Shown: positions 41,483 through 55,275, counted from the stretch's first letter. The stretch: 64,000 nucleotides of DNA from Eledone cirrhosa (GCA_964016885.1 OZ024741.1:227478001-227542000); one strand, 5' to 3'. Numbers and translations are program-made. Notes: generated from the letters alone by a model not told the origin.

Positions 41483-41580
41483 ATATATATATATATATAA
41501 ATATATATATATGTATATAAATATATATATATTCATATTCATATATATATATATACACGCGCACACACATACACACAAAA

Positions 41581-41645
<65 letters not shown>

Positions 41646-41999
41646 ATATATATATGTAGTAAGAAACACAGTAAATCGTGTGTCTAATATTACGAGTTAT
41701 TAACTCTAACTTTCATTTATATATATATATATATATATGAATGTATATATAGTGTATTTTGCAATAAACTGTATGCTTAATTAAAAGCATTTTGAAGACC
41801 TTATGCTATTGTTTTAAAGTAAATACTTTTAATTAAGCACACAGTGTATTACCAAATCACTATATATACATTCATATATATATCGCTATTTCAGAGCCCC
41901 AATTCTAATTTTCAATTTTTGCTTGACCGGCAACCGCACTGATTATTACTGGAATTCTATAAGTATCCAACATTAATAATTTTCAGCAGGCAAAGGCAT

Positions 42000-42051
42000 G
42001 ATAAGCTCTGAGGAGTACCAACAGTACGAAACAGAAATCTGTCAGCTTATC
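42000..42051 (+). ncRNA. Canonical type I HHR, predicted cleavage after C42043
   Basis: GATAAGCT-CTGAGGA-GTAC(CAACA)GTAC-GAAA-CAGA(AA)TCTG-TC-AGCTTATC. Confidence 0.9.
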
Positions 42052-42185
42052 CCCCTTTGTTTGTTGAAAAAAGAAGTAAGTGACATAGTCACTACTTTAA
42101 AACAATAGAGTAAGGTCTTCAAAATGCTTTTAATTAAGCTTACAGTGTATTGCAAAATACACTATATATACATTCATATATATAT

Positions 42186-45100
42186 CTTCCCTAAAGTCCA
42201 ACCCCTCCTCAACGCGGAAGGGCGGTGGCAACGGGTAGTGTCTGAGCTAAGCCGTCGGGAACTTCGGTTTCTGCTAGGGTCACCCAAGGCGGATTGGTCT
42301 GGCACCCAACGGTATTACGGCCGCAACCCGGCAAAGGGGGCTTTGGTGAAAATCCAAGAGGTGTCTGTTCCGGCAACCGGCGGCTACGGATCGTTTCTAT
42401 CCCTGCGTCTGTGGAGAATCTGCAGCAAACAGGACGTTTTTCCCCCTCGTTCGGGATATACATGCGGGTTTTCTGGGGACCGCTTGTGAATTCACTACTC
42501 CCATGACACTTCTTCCATGAATCCTACAAATACGAGCTATGAATACGAATTGCCTTCCTGCTACGAACGCAATGCAAAACAACAACACTCCTACCGCTAT
42601 GGCTCTACAGACTACTCCCGCAGTAGTCCCGCTCTTCAGACGAAGGAATGAATTGAGGGTGGCGTGCTGGGACGTTCGAACACTTCGTGACGACGGTGTC
42701 CAGGCACTTACAATGAAGGCTCTGCACAGGTACTGCGTTAGTGTCGCTAGCCTTTCAGAAGTTCGACTTCCCGATGCTGGTCATCTTCCGATCAAAGTTC
42801 CTGGCGAGGACATCTCCTATCACTTGTACTATAGTGGCGTGACTGACAACAGTGACCTTCACGGGGTCGCCGTAGCGCTCAGCCCCGACGCGCAAGCCGA
42901 TCTCACACCGACTCGCGCTGGTTCAATTGAAGGGTCAAATCTCCAACGTCAGCGTAATTGCCGTCTACGCTCCCACACTCAATGCGGACGAGGCGGACAA
43001 GACGCAGTTCTATGCCGATCTCCAAACAACCGTGGATGGCGTCCCCTCCAGTGATGTTCTCATTGTCGCTGGGGACTGGAATGCGCGGACAGGGCCGGCT
43101 GATGATAAAACACGGCATATTGTAGGAGGTTTCGCCCTAGGCGTACGCTGTGACAATGGTGAACGGCTCGTATCCTTCGCGGATGCCAATCGTCTTATCG
43201 TCACCAACACCCGGTTCCAACATCCTCGGTGTCACCTCGTCACGTGGCGATCCATTGACGGAAGAACGGCCAATCAGATTGACTACATCCTGGTCAGATC
43301 TCGTTGGGCCAGCTCAGTGATGGACTCGCGTGCGTATCGAGGGGCTGATACGGGCAGTGAGCATGGGTCAGACCATACTCTTGTTCGAGCAACCCTTTGT
43401 CTGCAGCTGCAGGCGAAACCTCCTCCCGACCGCCAGAAAAGGATCAACATCTCGCGACTCAAGCTCGATGCTGGAAATGCTTTCCGGCTAGAGCTGCGAA
43501 ACCGATTCCAAATGCTGAGTAACGAAGTGGATCAGCAACCGGAGCAGGACTGGAACGCGCTCCGGGCGGCGATGGTTGAGGTGGCCGGAGAGCATCTCGG
43601 GTTGACCCAAAGACGCCATCGGGACTGGATCTCCGACGATACTCTTGAACTCGCGGAGAGGGCGAGAGTGGTCAGAGTCGAGGGTGCACCCAATCTTCGA
43701 GATCTTAGACGTCGCACATCTCGGGCTATTCGGGCCGATCTGAATGCACACTGGCGCGAGTTTGCGGAGCAGACGGAGACGGCGACAGCCTGTGGCGACT
43801 CACGCAAGCTCTACCAACTGGTGAAGCGGGCCAGCCGAAGCAGTACGGGCATCAGCGAGACGATCCGTGATCGGAACGGGGTGGTTATTATCAATCTTAA
43901 TGACCGGCTAGTCCGATGGCGGGACCATTTCTCCGAGCTTCTCAACCACCCGCCACCACCCACGCCAACCTACGTGCAGCCTTCCGGAGAAGAATACGGG
44001 TGCAGCACTGCGCCTCCAACGGTCGAGAAGGTACGTAGTGTCCGGACACATCTCCGGAACAACAAGGCGCCGAGCGAAGATGGCTTTCCAGCTGAGGTCT
44101 ACAAGGCCGAACCTGATGTCTTCGCAGCTTGGCTCCATCGAGTCTTCTCTGGAGTGGTTCCCTGGTGACTGGAGCGAAGCAACTCTCCTACCCTTCTTCA
44201 AAAAAGGCGACAGGAAACCGTGTTCCAACTACAGGCGTATCAGTTTAATTGACGTTGCTGCCAAAACCTTCGCAATCCTTCTGCTTAAGAGGTTCCAGGC
44301 CATGCGTGATGTCCGTACTCGTCCTTCTCGTGGCGGCTTCCGTATGGGGAGGGGGTGCATTGATCAAATCTTCAATCTCTGGCGTGTCCTGGAGCAGCGG
44401 TGGGCACATCAGCAACCTACCGTCCTCTGCTTCATCGACTTTGCAGCTGCCTTCGACTCGGTAGATCGGGAAGCCCTATGGCGTATAATGCAGGCCGATG
44501 GCATCCCAGTGAAGCTGCTTCGTCTCATACAAGGCTACTACCGGTCGACTCGGGCTCGAGTGAGGGTCTATGGTGGGGAGACGGAGTCGTTCGATGTTGG
44601 GACGGGTGTTCGGCAGGGGTGTGTGCGTTGTCGCCAACTTTCTTCAACTACGCCATTGACTACACTCTCAACACAGCGCTCCGGGATTACCCGGGTGTAG
44701 AGGTCGGGAAGGGAGTCGTGGTGACGGTCCTGGCCTACGCGGATGACATCGTGCTGATGGGCGCTAACGGGAAAAATGTGCAAGGTGCTCTCGAAAGGGT
44801 GCACACTGCAGCCGCCGTTATTGGTCTACGAATCAGTCGAAAGTCATGACATCACCGGTCTTGCCTGATGCCTGGCAGCCAATATCTCTCGAGGCCGTGG
44901 ACCTGGAGGATGTGGAGTCCTTCGTTTACCTGGGTTCAACAGTGGTTCCAACGGGACAGGGCGCAGCCGAGGTCAAACGTCGCATAGGTGGTGCCAAATC
45001 CGCTTTTGGGCGCCTCCAGCGGTGTCTCTGGGACAGAAGAGATCTCACCTCGGCGAACAAAGGGCGAATCTACCAGGCCGTCGTTCGCACTATCCTCCTC

Positions 45101-45477
45101 TATGGCTGTGAAACATGGCCTATGAGGGTAGTCGATCAACGAGGGCTGGAAGTATTCGACAATGACTGTCTCCGTCGCATTCTTCGCTGCCGACGCGTTG
45201 ATCGGGTACCTACCGCCAGTCTTCGTCTTCACCTGAATCTTTGACTCCTTCCTTCAGTGCTTCTGCAACGGCGCTTGAGATGGTTTGGTCACGCAGCTCG
45301 GCGCCCTGAGGGTGAACTGATCCGCGATGTTTTCCTCCCACCTCCACTCCCTAACTGGCGCAAGCTCGTTGGCGGGCAGCTGAAGACCTGGGCAACGACG
45401 ATCAAGGAGGACCTCTCTGAAATCTCAGGTCCGCAGGTGGTCGGCCTGCGCCGATGGAACCGTGACTGGCTCGCTAT
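42186..45477 (+). mobile_element. Near full-length RTE-clade LINE (APE + RT), several frameshifts, 3' end replaced by a PLE fragment
   Basis: ACWDVRTL, LSEVR, VYAPT, GDWNA, QIDYIL, SDH; KKGDRK..NYRRISL, FIDFAAAFDSV, LAYADD, LLYGCETW, RRLRWFGH. Confidence 0.9.
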
Positions 45478-46798
45478 CATCACAGCATTAAAAGACTCAA
45501 ACATCAGCTTCTCCACGCATTGAGAAATTGTCGGCAGAGCTACACCGTACAGCTTCAAGAGGAAGTGCTAGCTTTGCCTCATGGAGCTCTACCATATCAT
45601 TACGACACCCCACGAGCTCATCAACAGCAGAGCTAAAACGACGATAAGCTGTACACACCGCTTAAGAATATCCTATTCCAGATGGAATAAGAACGAGGAG
45701 TGGAAACCGTAAACCGTGTCTCCCTGCACCAAGCTTTAACACCCCGGCAGGCAGGCGCTGCAAAAAACATCCGGAAACTAACCATGCATCCCAGACTCGG
45801 CAAGAATCGACCCAGGCGGACAGGCGCAGCAAACAAACGTCTAGAAACTAACGTTTCATACCTGACCCTGTGCGTATCGACAATGGTAGGGTAGTAACCA
45901 CATAGTAGTAACGGATAAAAAAATCGTCCGGAAAAGACTGCTCTAACACCGGCTAGAGTTATCTCTCTTGACCTACTGCAAAATCAATACATGTTTTTTT
46001 GCGAAGAATGAACTCTGACGTGAACTTATTTCTAAAAACCCATTCCGGATCATGTAAGGAACGCTTTTTAGTTGTTTATGCCCTTGAGAAGCCCATTCGG
46101 GCGAAACATACGTAGGTGCTATTTTAGAAAAAACATATTTTAACGGTTTGTTCTCCTTTATTTACTTCTTTACGTGCTTCCGCTCTGCTAATTCTCTCGC
46201 CCACTAGATATTAACACTTCTAATATTTAACACTGCCGGCACTTGTATTGAGCACCCTCTACATACGCTATTGGCAAATAACTACATGTATCGCCCATCC
46301 CTCCTTCTCTCTCTCGATACGTAAATATTCTATCACCGTGCTTCTTTTTGTAGAGCACCTCACTTTATTTGCCATCATGTTGGAGAATCAGCCGTTACCC
46401 CCCCCCCCCCCCCCCCCCCCCTTACCCAGCAGAAAAACCTACCTCAAACAACTTATAGATGCCACCAACTCGTTTATACGGAGAGTTAGATGGAAGGCCT
46501 ACCACCTCGATAAGAACACCCGTAACCTTCCTGAACCTAAAGAGAGGTATGGTTTCAAAACATACCGAAACCCACCGCATAACACCTTACTGGACTCCTT
46601 TGAGGAGGACCTGCTGAACATGATCAGAAACATTAAGTTCAAAAAGAAACACCGATGCAGCAATCCATTCTTAACATCCCTGGATACACTTCTAATATTT
46701 AATACTGCCGGCACTAGTATTGAGCACACTCTGCATACGCTATTGGCAAATAACTACATGAATCGCCTACCCCTCCTTCTCTCTCTCGATACGTAAAT

Positions 46799-46804
<6 letters not shown>
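45477..46804 (+). mobile_element. PLE in partial-tandem form: endonuclease C-terminus, spacer with degenerate HHR (~46080-46120), then ORF N-terminus; direct repeat 46213-46332 / 46686-46804
   Basis: LKDSNISF..*EIVGRATPY..C*LCLME..LINSR..CTH; then YLKQLIDATNSFIRRVRWKAY..YGFKT..PP..FEEDLLNMIRNIKF. Confidence 0.75.
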
Positions 46805-46843
<39 letters not shown>

Positions 46844-47434
46844 TATAGTATTAATAATAAATTTGAAGACTAAAATCCAAAGAGGGCTCGATAAGGATAA
46901 ATATATATCAAATATATAAGAACCGTAGAGCAAATATTTATTAAAATAACAGATTAAAGTTTAAGCAAAGAATCGCTGCTTTCACCCTTAACGGGATCTT
47001 CTGAAACTAACAAAGTCAATCTGTAAACGCAGAACTATTACTTCTGTATTGTATTTATTTACTTTGTTCTTAACTCTGAAGCGGAGATTCATTCGGTCTC
47101 CTAGTTAGAATTTTAGTCTACGACTTCTGCTATGCCATTTACGTGGTTTTGTCTTTGCGTGCTATGGTTCTCCACGCTCCATACATGACGTATTATCTTC
47201 GTTTTTTCGTTCATTGCCAGAGAACGTCTCTATGCACCACCTAAGAGAACATTAGTCTACGACCTCTTTTATATCATAATTGTTTTTCACCGCTCCTATT
47301 AATGACGTATAATTCGTTTTTTCCCGTTCTTTGCCAGCGAACGTTCCCACGAACCAAAGTATCGTCTTCCTGTCTTCCTCCGGTTGCAACGTTTTTTGAA
47401 ATATCCAGTTCTGCGTTTACAGATTGACTTTGTT

Positions 47435-47485
47435 AGTTTCAGAAGATCCCGTTAAGGGTGAAAGCAGTGATTCTTTGCTTAAACT
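47435..47485 (+). ncRNA. HHR-like motif with variant core CAGAAGA; inverted copy 46958-47008; truncated copies ~884-945 and ~23310-23365
   Basis: AGTTT-CAGAAGA-T-CCC(GTTAA)GGG-T-GAAA-GCAGTGA(TTC)TTTGC-TT-AAACT. Confidence 0.65.
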
Positions 47486-47518
47486 TTAATCTGTTATTTT
47501 AATAAATATATATATACA

Positions 47519-47600
<82 letters not shown>

Positions 47601-48010
47601 TGTATATATATATATATATATATAAATATATATATATAGAATATTTACGTATCGAGAGAGAGAAGGAGGGTAGGCGATTCATGTACACATTTCGGCGGGT
47701 AGAATAAGCGAAACGTAACGCAAATTCCGAGTCATGCTGGTAAGCGCTCCAAGGGCTAAAAATACCAGAGCAATAAACATAGGTTATAAAGGCCATACAA
47801 ACTGAGAAGGCGGTCAAGAACCCATTAATCACCTGAGCTCCAAAACAAGTCAAGCTAAACAGGTCAGACAAAATAAATGACATATTCATATATAAGCTCA
47901 CCTAGTTAGGGAGCCAAAATACAAATAAAATACAGAGTTACTAACTCATATTGATACCCTGCAATTAACAAGCTCAAAGTATAAATACTGAGTATTATAT
48001 AATAGTATAT

Positions 48011-48200
48011 GGGCGGTGGATTGGCAGCATCGGTAGAGGGTCGGACGCCATGCTTTCCAGCATAGTTACGTCCCTTTACGGACTGAGTTCAAATCCCGCC
48101 GAGAATAACTTTGCCTTTCATCCTTACAGGGTCAATAAAATAAAGTACCAGTAATACACTGGGTAATTGTTGGCCTTGTGCCAAAAGTAGAAACAATTAT
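48011..48200 (+). mobile_element. Full-length tRNA-derived SINE
   Basis: A-box-like TGGCAGCATCGG, B box GAGTTCAAATCCC, AT-rich tail. Confidence 0.9.
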
Positions 48201-48610
48201 ATAATAATATATGTAGAAATAAACACAGAGAGATGAAATAGTTATTGATACGGTCTGTATATATATATTATATATCTTACGTTTGCATCAGGTTAAATCT
48301 GTCAAACCAATGTGGTATTTCTACCCTCGTAATTTTAGACACACAATTTACTGTGTTTATTACTACATATATTATTATATAATGCTCAGTATTTGTACTT
48401 TGAGCTTGTTAATTGCAGGGTATCAATATGAGTTAGTAACTCTGTATTTTATTTGTATTTTGGCTCCCTAACTAGGTGAGCTTATAAGTTGGGTGTAATA
48501 AGGCTATTATTTCTAGCATATCCACTCACACCACTTCTAACGTCCAACGCATGAGGTGAGATATTCATTCGTGTGGATTGTAGCTACATGTGTTTGTTCC
48601 ATTTGATCTT

Positions 48611-48699
48611 ATCTCTTGCTGAGGAAAGCCTACGGATTACCTGTTACAAACACAATTTTCAGGGCGAAACAGATTAAATCTCTAATCTGTCCGAGAGAT
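48611..48699 (+). ncRNA. HHR with full stems I and III
   Basis: ATCTCTTG-CTGAGGA-AA-GCC...GGC-GAAA-CAGATTA(AATCTC)TAATCTG-TC-CGAGAGAT. Confidence 0.75.
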
Positions 48700-48823
48700 G
48701 AAATAGTTATTGATACGGTCTGTATATATATATATTATACGTTTGCATCAGGTTAAATCTATCAAACCAATGTAGTATTTCTACCCTCGTAATTTTAGAT
48801 ACACAATTTACTGTGTTTATTTC

Positions 48824-48889
<66 letters not shown>

Positions 48890-48914
48890 TATGCACACGT
48901 ACATATATAAATAT

Positions 48915-49000
<86 letters not shown>

Positions 49001-49054
49001 ACACATATAGTATATATATATGCATATGTACGTATGTGTTATATCGAACATGAA

Positions 49055-49248
49055 TAATTCTTTCTACTTTTGGCACAAGGCCTGCAATTAACCAGTGCAT
49101 TACTGGTACTTTATTTTATCGACGACCCCATAAGGATGAAAAGCAAAGTTAACCTCGGCGGGATTTGAACTCAGAATGGCAAGGGCCGTAACTCTATGCG
49201 TCAAAGCATGGTGGTCGACTCTCTACCGATACTTCCAATCCACCGCCC
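49055..49248 (-). mobile_element. Full-length tRNA-derived SINE
   Basis: Reverse complement of the 48011-48200 family. Confidence 0.85.
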
Positions 49249-49447
49249 TCAAGAACATTAATAGTAATGTTCGATTCGTTTGTAAACAAACGGCCCGATT
49301 TGAAGCTGTGCTGTGTCGGTGACCGATCGTCACCTGTTTGTTCAACACTGTTTCTGGGTCATTACCCTTCACCAGGACTGTATACCTCTGGCAGTCTGTT
49401 GATATAACCCATACGTACATATGTATATGCATATATGTGTGTGTATG

Positions 49448-49483
<36 letters not shown>

Positions 49484-49495
49484 TACACACACATT

Positions 49496-49643
<148 letters not shown>

Positions 49644-50416
49644 GATATATATATAGTTAATAAATGGAACAAACAGCAGACAGGAGGCACATTTATACTG
49701 TTATATTAGGTTCACCATTGGGGGAAATGGAGGAGCTTACAACGTTTCGGATAGAAGTCTTTCTTCGGGAAATTTCGGATACGGAGAGAACAGATAGACG
49801 TAAAAGTAGCGTGAGAAGGTTAGAGAAGGAAGTTAAGAAAAAGTGATAGGGGGATATGGGTGAAAGGTCCAATCTGGGGTGTCAAGGTGGGGGGGGGGGG
49901 GGTATGGGTATGGTTGTGTGACTGTCGAGGGGAAGAAATTGTTAGATGTGCATGACTTCAGTCTATGTGTCCCAGACTGTCATAAACAGAAGTGTGCACA
50001 CCGGTATGTGTGTGCGCGTGTGTGTGTGTATGCCTGTGAGGTGTTTGTTTAATGTGTGTGTGGAATTTTCTGTAGTTTCTATGAATGTGAGTGTGTGCCA
50101 TTGTGTGTGTATTAAAACGTGTGTGTTGAATGAGTGCGATTGTGAGTGTGTCTACATGCGGGTGTGTATAGGTGATTTTTATGTATGTGTGTACATATGT
50201 GTGTGGATATGTCTGTGTTAGTGGCTGTGTATGTGATGTTTCTATTGCTATACGTTTAAGAACGTGCAGTTTAGTGTTTGTGTGTGTGTATGTGTGTGTA
50301 TTTCCATGTGTGTGTCGGAAGAATGTGTGTATTTTGTATCCACTAGCGTTGTGGTTGTGTTTGGTCAGTAGCGGAAATATATTATGTACATGCGGACGTA
50401 AAAACGATGATGATGA

Positions 50417-50471
<55 letters not shown>

Positions 50472-51636
50472 CGAAGGAAATGTGGTAAGGAACCAGGTGG
50501 ACCATAACGCACCAAAGTACTCAATACTTAGGGTAGTAGAGTGGGTAATTTAGTCCAGAATTAGCAGTCGAAACGGCTTGAGCTCAGCCGTCGGAGTCTT
50601 ACTGGTTCCTATATATATATATATATAAAAAGCGAAAAATCAGTGATGCATCTAGACTCAGTTTATTGCGTGTTACAATTGTTTAGCCGGCAGATAGCTA
50701 GAGACATGATCATTGTATGGATCTGTCTGATTATATAACTGCGGGTTCTTCGGACACATGCAATGCTTTCGGAGCAAATTTTCTCACTGGGGTGTTAGCT
50801 TCAAAAAACATCTTCAAAAACCATCTTCCACTCTTGTCTTGCCATTGGTTGTTGTTTTTCTACGTCATCATAAATTATGGTCAATATTTGCTGCCACACT
50901 GGCCATCAGCTACTCTCCGTCCGAGACACTTCAATGGACTAATGCTGGGTTTGGTATCTCATAAGTCCGCTGACACTAACAAATATATACCCACACATAC
51001 ACACACACACATATAAATACACATACACATACACACACACGCAGGCACATACATATATATGCATACACATATGTACGCACACCGGTTTCCACGGTCGTTC
51101 AGTCAACTACCATACGCATATATGGCAACACACCCCACACACAGTGACCTACCCCAATATGACCGGGCTACGCGCCCCCATGAATGTGTACCTCTTCAAT
51201 CGTGAATACATACTCTCCACGTGTTCCACTTTGGAACACTTATCGTTTGTTCCGTACACAGACTTAAGTGTGCATCTCATACGCCCCATATATATCTCTA
51301 TGTGACGTTATATGCATATTTTAATGTATTTTAATATATCGTAAATTTAGTTTATTGTTTTTATATGTGTGTATATGTTTAGACCTGTGCGTATGTATAT
51401 GTATGTGTGTGTGTATTATATATATATATATGTGTGTGTGTATGTGTATATATATGTGTATATATATATATATTATATATATACATATGTGTTGATATGT
51501 GTATATATATATATATATATATAGGAACAAGTAAGACCCCGGGGTCTTACTTGTTCCTATTACCCACTCTACTACCCTAAGTATTGAGTACTTTGGTGCG
51601 TTATGGTCCACCTGGTTCCTTACCACATTTCCTTCG

Positions 51637-51692
<56 letters not shown>

Positions 51693-52060
51693 CGAAGGTG
51701 CCCCAGCATGGCCTCAGCCGGATGGCTGAAACAGGTAAAAGAGTAAAAGAGTATATATATATATGTGTATGTAAGTGTATGTGTGTGTATGTGCGTGTAT
51801 ATATATATGTATATGTTACGGGAATGTGTATGGATGGATTATATATTTATTTTATTGTATATTTATTTTATTATATAGCGATTATATGTATATTATATTT
51901 TGATTTTATTGTATATTGTATATTTATTTTACTGTTTTTATATGTGTATATGTGTAAGCATATGTGTGTATGTACATATACATATATGCATGTGTGTGTA
52001 TATGTGTGTGTGTATATATGTGTGTGTGTATGCATGTAGATATATATATATATATATATG

Positions 52061-52094
<34 letters not shown>

Positions 52095-52467
52095 AGTATG
52101 TGTGTGTGTGTATATATGTATGTATATATATGTATGTGTATATATGTGTGTATATGTATGTATATATATATGTATGTGTGTATATATACACATATATATA
52201 TATGGAACGTGACTGTTTATGGATGCATGTATATAATTATAATGTTTATATCCGTGCATGTGTAATACAAGTTACTTCTTTTAAGGTATGACGTTACATG
52301 CATCATTTAGTATATTGTAGGTTTTTTTTATAGATGTGTATGTATGTGTGCGTGTGTGCAGATGTGTATGTATGTGTATATATATATATGTGTGTGTGTA
52401 TAATATGTATGTGTATGTATGTTATGGGTATGTGTATGTGTGTGTATATGTATGTTATGTATATGTA

Positions 52468-52531
<64 letters not shown>

Positions 52532-52702
52532 AAAGTTCTATTTAAATTGTTGGGATACAACAAGCAAATATTATTATAACTGATATAAAGCACTCGACAA
52601 ATATTTGGAGTAGATATACAATATTAATAAATGGAAACTATATTTATAAAACCATATTTATTTCATTATATATATTTCAAGGATACCAAGTTAATTATTG
52701 TA

Positions 52703-52763
52703 TTTTGTCTGATGAAGGCATACCATGATTTAACTTGGTATCCTTGAAATATATATAATGAAA
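52703..52763 (+). ncRNA. Type I HHR within fold-back 52614-52810
   Basis: TTTTGT-CTGATGA-AGGCATACCA(loop)TGGTATCCTT-GAAA-TATATA-TA-ATGAAA. Confidence 0.75.
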
Positions 52764-53226
52764 TAAATATGGTTTTATAAATATAGTTTCCATTTATTAA
52801 TATTGTATATATATATATATATGTACACTTATTATTTTTTTATTTTTTTATTTTTCTATTTGCTTTCTTATTTATTTGTTTAGTTATATATGTGTATGAA
52901 TGCTTGCATGTATGTGTATGGACATATGTGTATGGTTACATGGTTTATATTTGTGCACGTATAACAGGATGCATCCTTCCATGGATGACCCTGTATGACC
53001 TTTTGTGCAGATTTATATGACTGTGAATATATCACATTGGGGTAGGACAGAGAGATATATACATGTGTGCGTGTAGCTTCTCTGTGGATGTACGTGGACA
53101 CGGAGCTAATTGAGCGCGTATTTGTTGGAATGTATATGAGCCCGTGAGTATGTGTGTGTGTGTGTCTGTGGGTGTGTGTGTATGTGTATGTGTGTGTCTG
53201 TGGGTATGTGTGTGTCTGTGGGTATG

Positions 53227-53257
<31 letters not shown>

Positions 53258-53347
53258 GTGTGTGTGTCTGTGGGTGTGTATGTGTGTGTATGTGTATGTG
53301 TGTGTGTGTGTGTGTATGTATGTGTGTGTGTGCGTCTGTGGGTGTGT

Positions 53348-53388
<41 letters not shown>

Positions 53389-54177
53389 TGTGTGTGTCTG
53401 TGGGTGGGTGTGTATATGTGTGTATGTGCACCTACATAGGGCAGGGTTTGTTTGTATGTTTATGTGCGTGTACATATACATATGTGTAGATATATATACA
53501 TATGTGTATGTATGTGTGTATGTGTGTATGTGTGTTTGTGTCTTTGGAAGTGTGTCTGTCCTTGTGCCTATCAATAAGGACAGGCGTGTATGTGTGCATG
53601 TGTGTGTCTATGTATATGTCTGTGCGTGTTTGTGTATATGTGCAGATGTACGCGAACGCTGATATGTGTCCTTGTATGCGTGTACGTGTGTATGTGCGTG
53701 TGTGCACGTGTGCGTGCGTGCGTGTGAGACCGGATGTATGGGGGTATATAGGCAGGCGCCAGTGGACGTGTGTGTTGGTGTGTATATGGTTGTAGGTGTG
53801 TGTGTAAGAGAGGGAGTGTGTGTGTATATGTATATGGGTGTGTATATCTACATATGTGTGCGTACATATGTGTATGCATATATATGTATGTGTCTGCGTG
53901 TGTGTGTATGTGTATGTGTATTTATATGTGTGTGTGTATGTGTGGGTATATATTTGTTAGTGTCAGCGGACTTATGAGATACCAAACCCAGCATTAGTCC
54001 ATTGAAGTGTCTCGGACGGAGAGTAGCTGATGGCCAGTGTGGCAGCAAATATTGACCATAATTTATGATGACGTAGAAAAACAACAGCCAATGGCAAGAC
54101 AAGAGTGGAAGATGGCTTTTGAAGGTGTTTTTTGAAGCTAACACCCCAGTGAGAAAATTTGCTCCGAAAGCATTGCA

Positions 54178-54267
54178 TGTGTCCGAAGAACCCGCAGTTA
54201 TATAATCAGACAGATCCACACAATGATCATGTCTCTAGCTATCTGCCGGTGAAACAATTGTAACACG
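54178..54267 (+). ncRNA. HHR-like motif with variant core CCGAAGA and long stem II
   Basis: TGTGT-CCGAAGA-ACC.GCAG..AGACA.GATC..GATC.TGTCT..CTGC.GGT-GAAA-CAATTG-TA-ACACG. Confidence 0.65.
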
Positions 54268-54408
54268 CAATAAACTGAGTCTAGATGCATCACTGATTTT
54301 TCGTTTTCTATACTATATCACACTCTGCTCTGTAAGAACATAGAGTGCTCAACTGGCATACCGCCTATGGAAGCACCATAGCTACCATTAAACACACACA
54401 CACACACA

Positions 54409-54882
<474 letters not shown>

Positions 54883-55109
54883 CATGGTTCAAGAGTAAAC
54901 CAATCTTAAAGAGAGAGATGGAGATAGGAGAGGAGAAGAGAGTTGGTGAATTTGTTAGAAGCCAAAAGGGTAAAGGCATGTGCTCAATGTGCAATATGCA
55001 GTGGAAGGCAGCTAGGTGGCTGGGTTCATGCAGAGGTTAGGTGCACAGAGCTGGAAATATTCATTAGTTAAGCAAAACAGGTCCACAAATTTCACAACTA
55101 TGTTGACAC

Positions 55110-55275
55110 TGAGCGTGTCCCGTCAGAACCAACCGTTTCTAACTGATCCGCCTGGATCCCCAAGCGAGATCAGCCGAGCTCATGGATGTTATCCAACAGT
55201 CTTTTTCAGGGTCTGCCCCTGGGTCTCCTGCCGGTTGGTTTTGCCCGTAAAATCTGTAATCATTGGACCTGGCAA
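55110..55275 (-). pseudogene. RTE-type LINE 3' remnant; related remnant 59062-59165 followed by (GAA)n
   Basis: QILRAKPTGRRPRGRP*KRLLDNI and QILRAKTTGYRPTRRARARWLDNI. Confidence 0.55.

Larger units (their letters stand above)
47893..48830 (+). mobile_element. 465 bp-monomer HHR repeat (1.3 units, 48228-48830) with inverted partial arm (47893-48228) interrupted by a SINE
   Basis: Direct repeat 48228-48370 / 48693-48830; inverted arm matches 48351-48487. Confidence 0.75.
50631..54306. repeat. ~450 bp near-identical inverted repeats (50631-51081 / 53856-54306), pLTR-like
   Basis: The same ORF translations appear on opposite strands in the track; arms carry an HHR-like motif; related piece 22005-22170. 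Confidence 0.85.

Noticed and set aside
47070-47108. TTAACT-CTGAAGC-hairpin-AGTTAG
   Set aside because: GAAA and stem III absent
48011-48100. tRNA gene
   Set aside because: A/B boxes belong to a multi-copy SINE head; no cloverleaf
50717-51016. 99-123 aa ORF present twice on opposite strands
   Set aside because: Consequence of the inverted repeat; no recognisable protein motif
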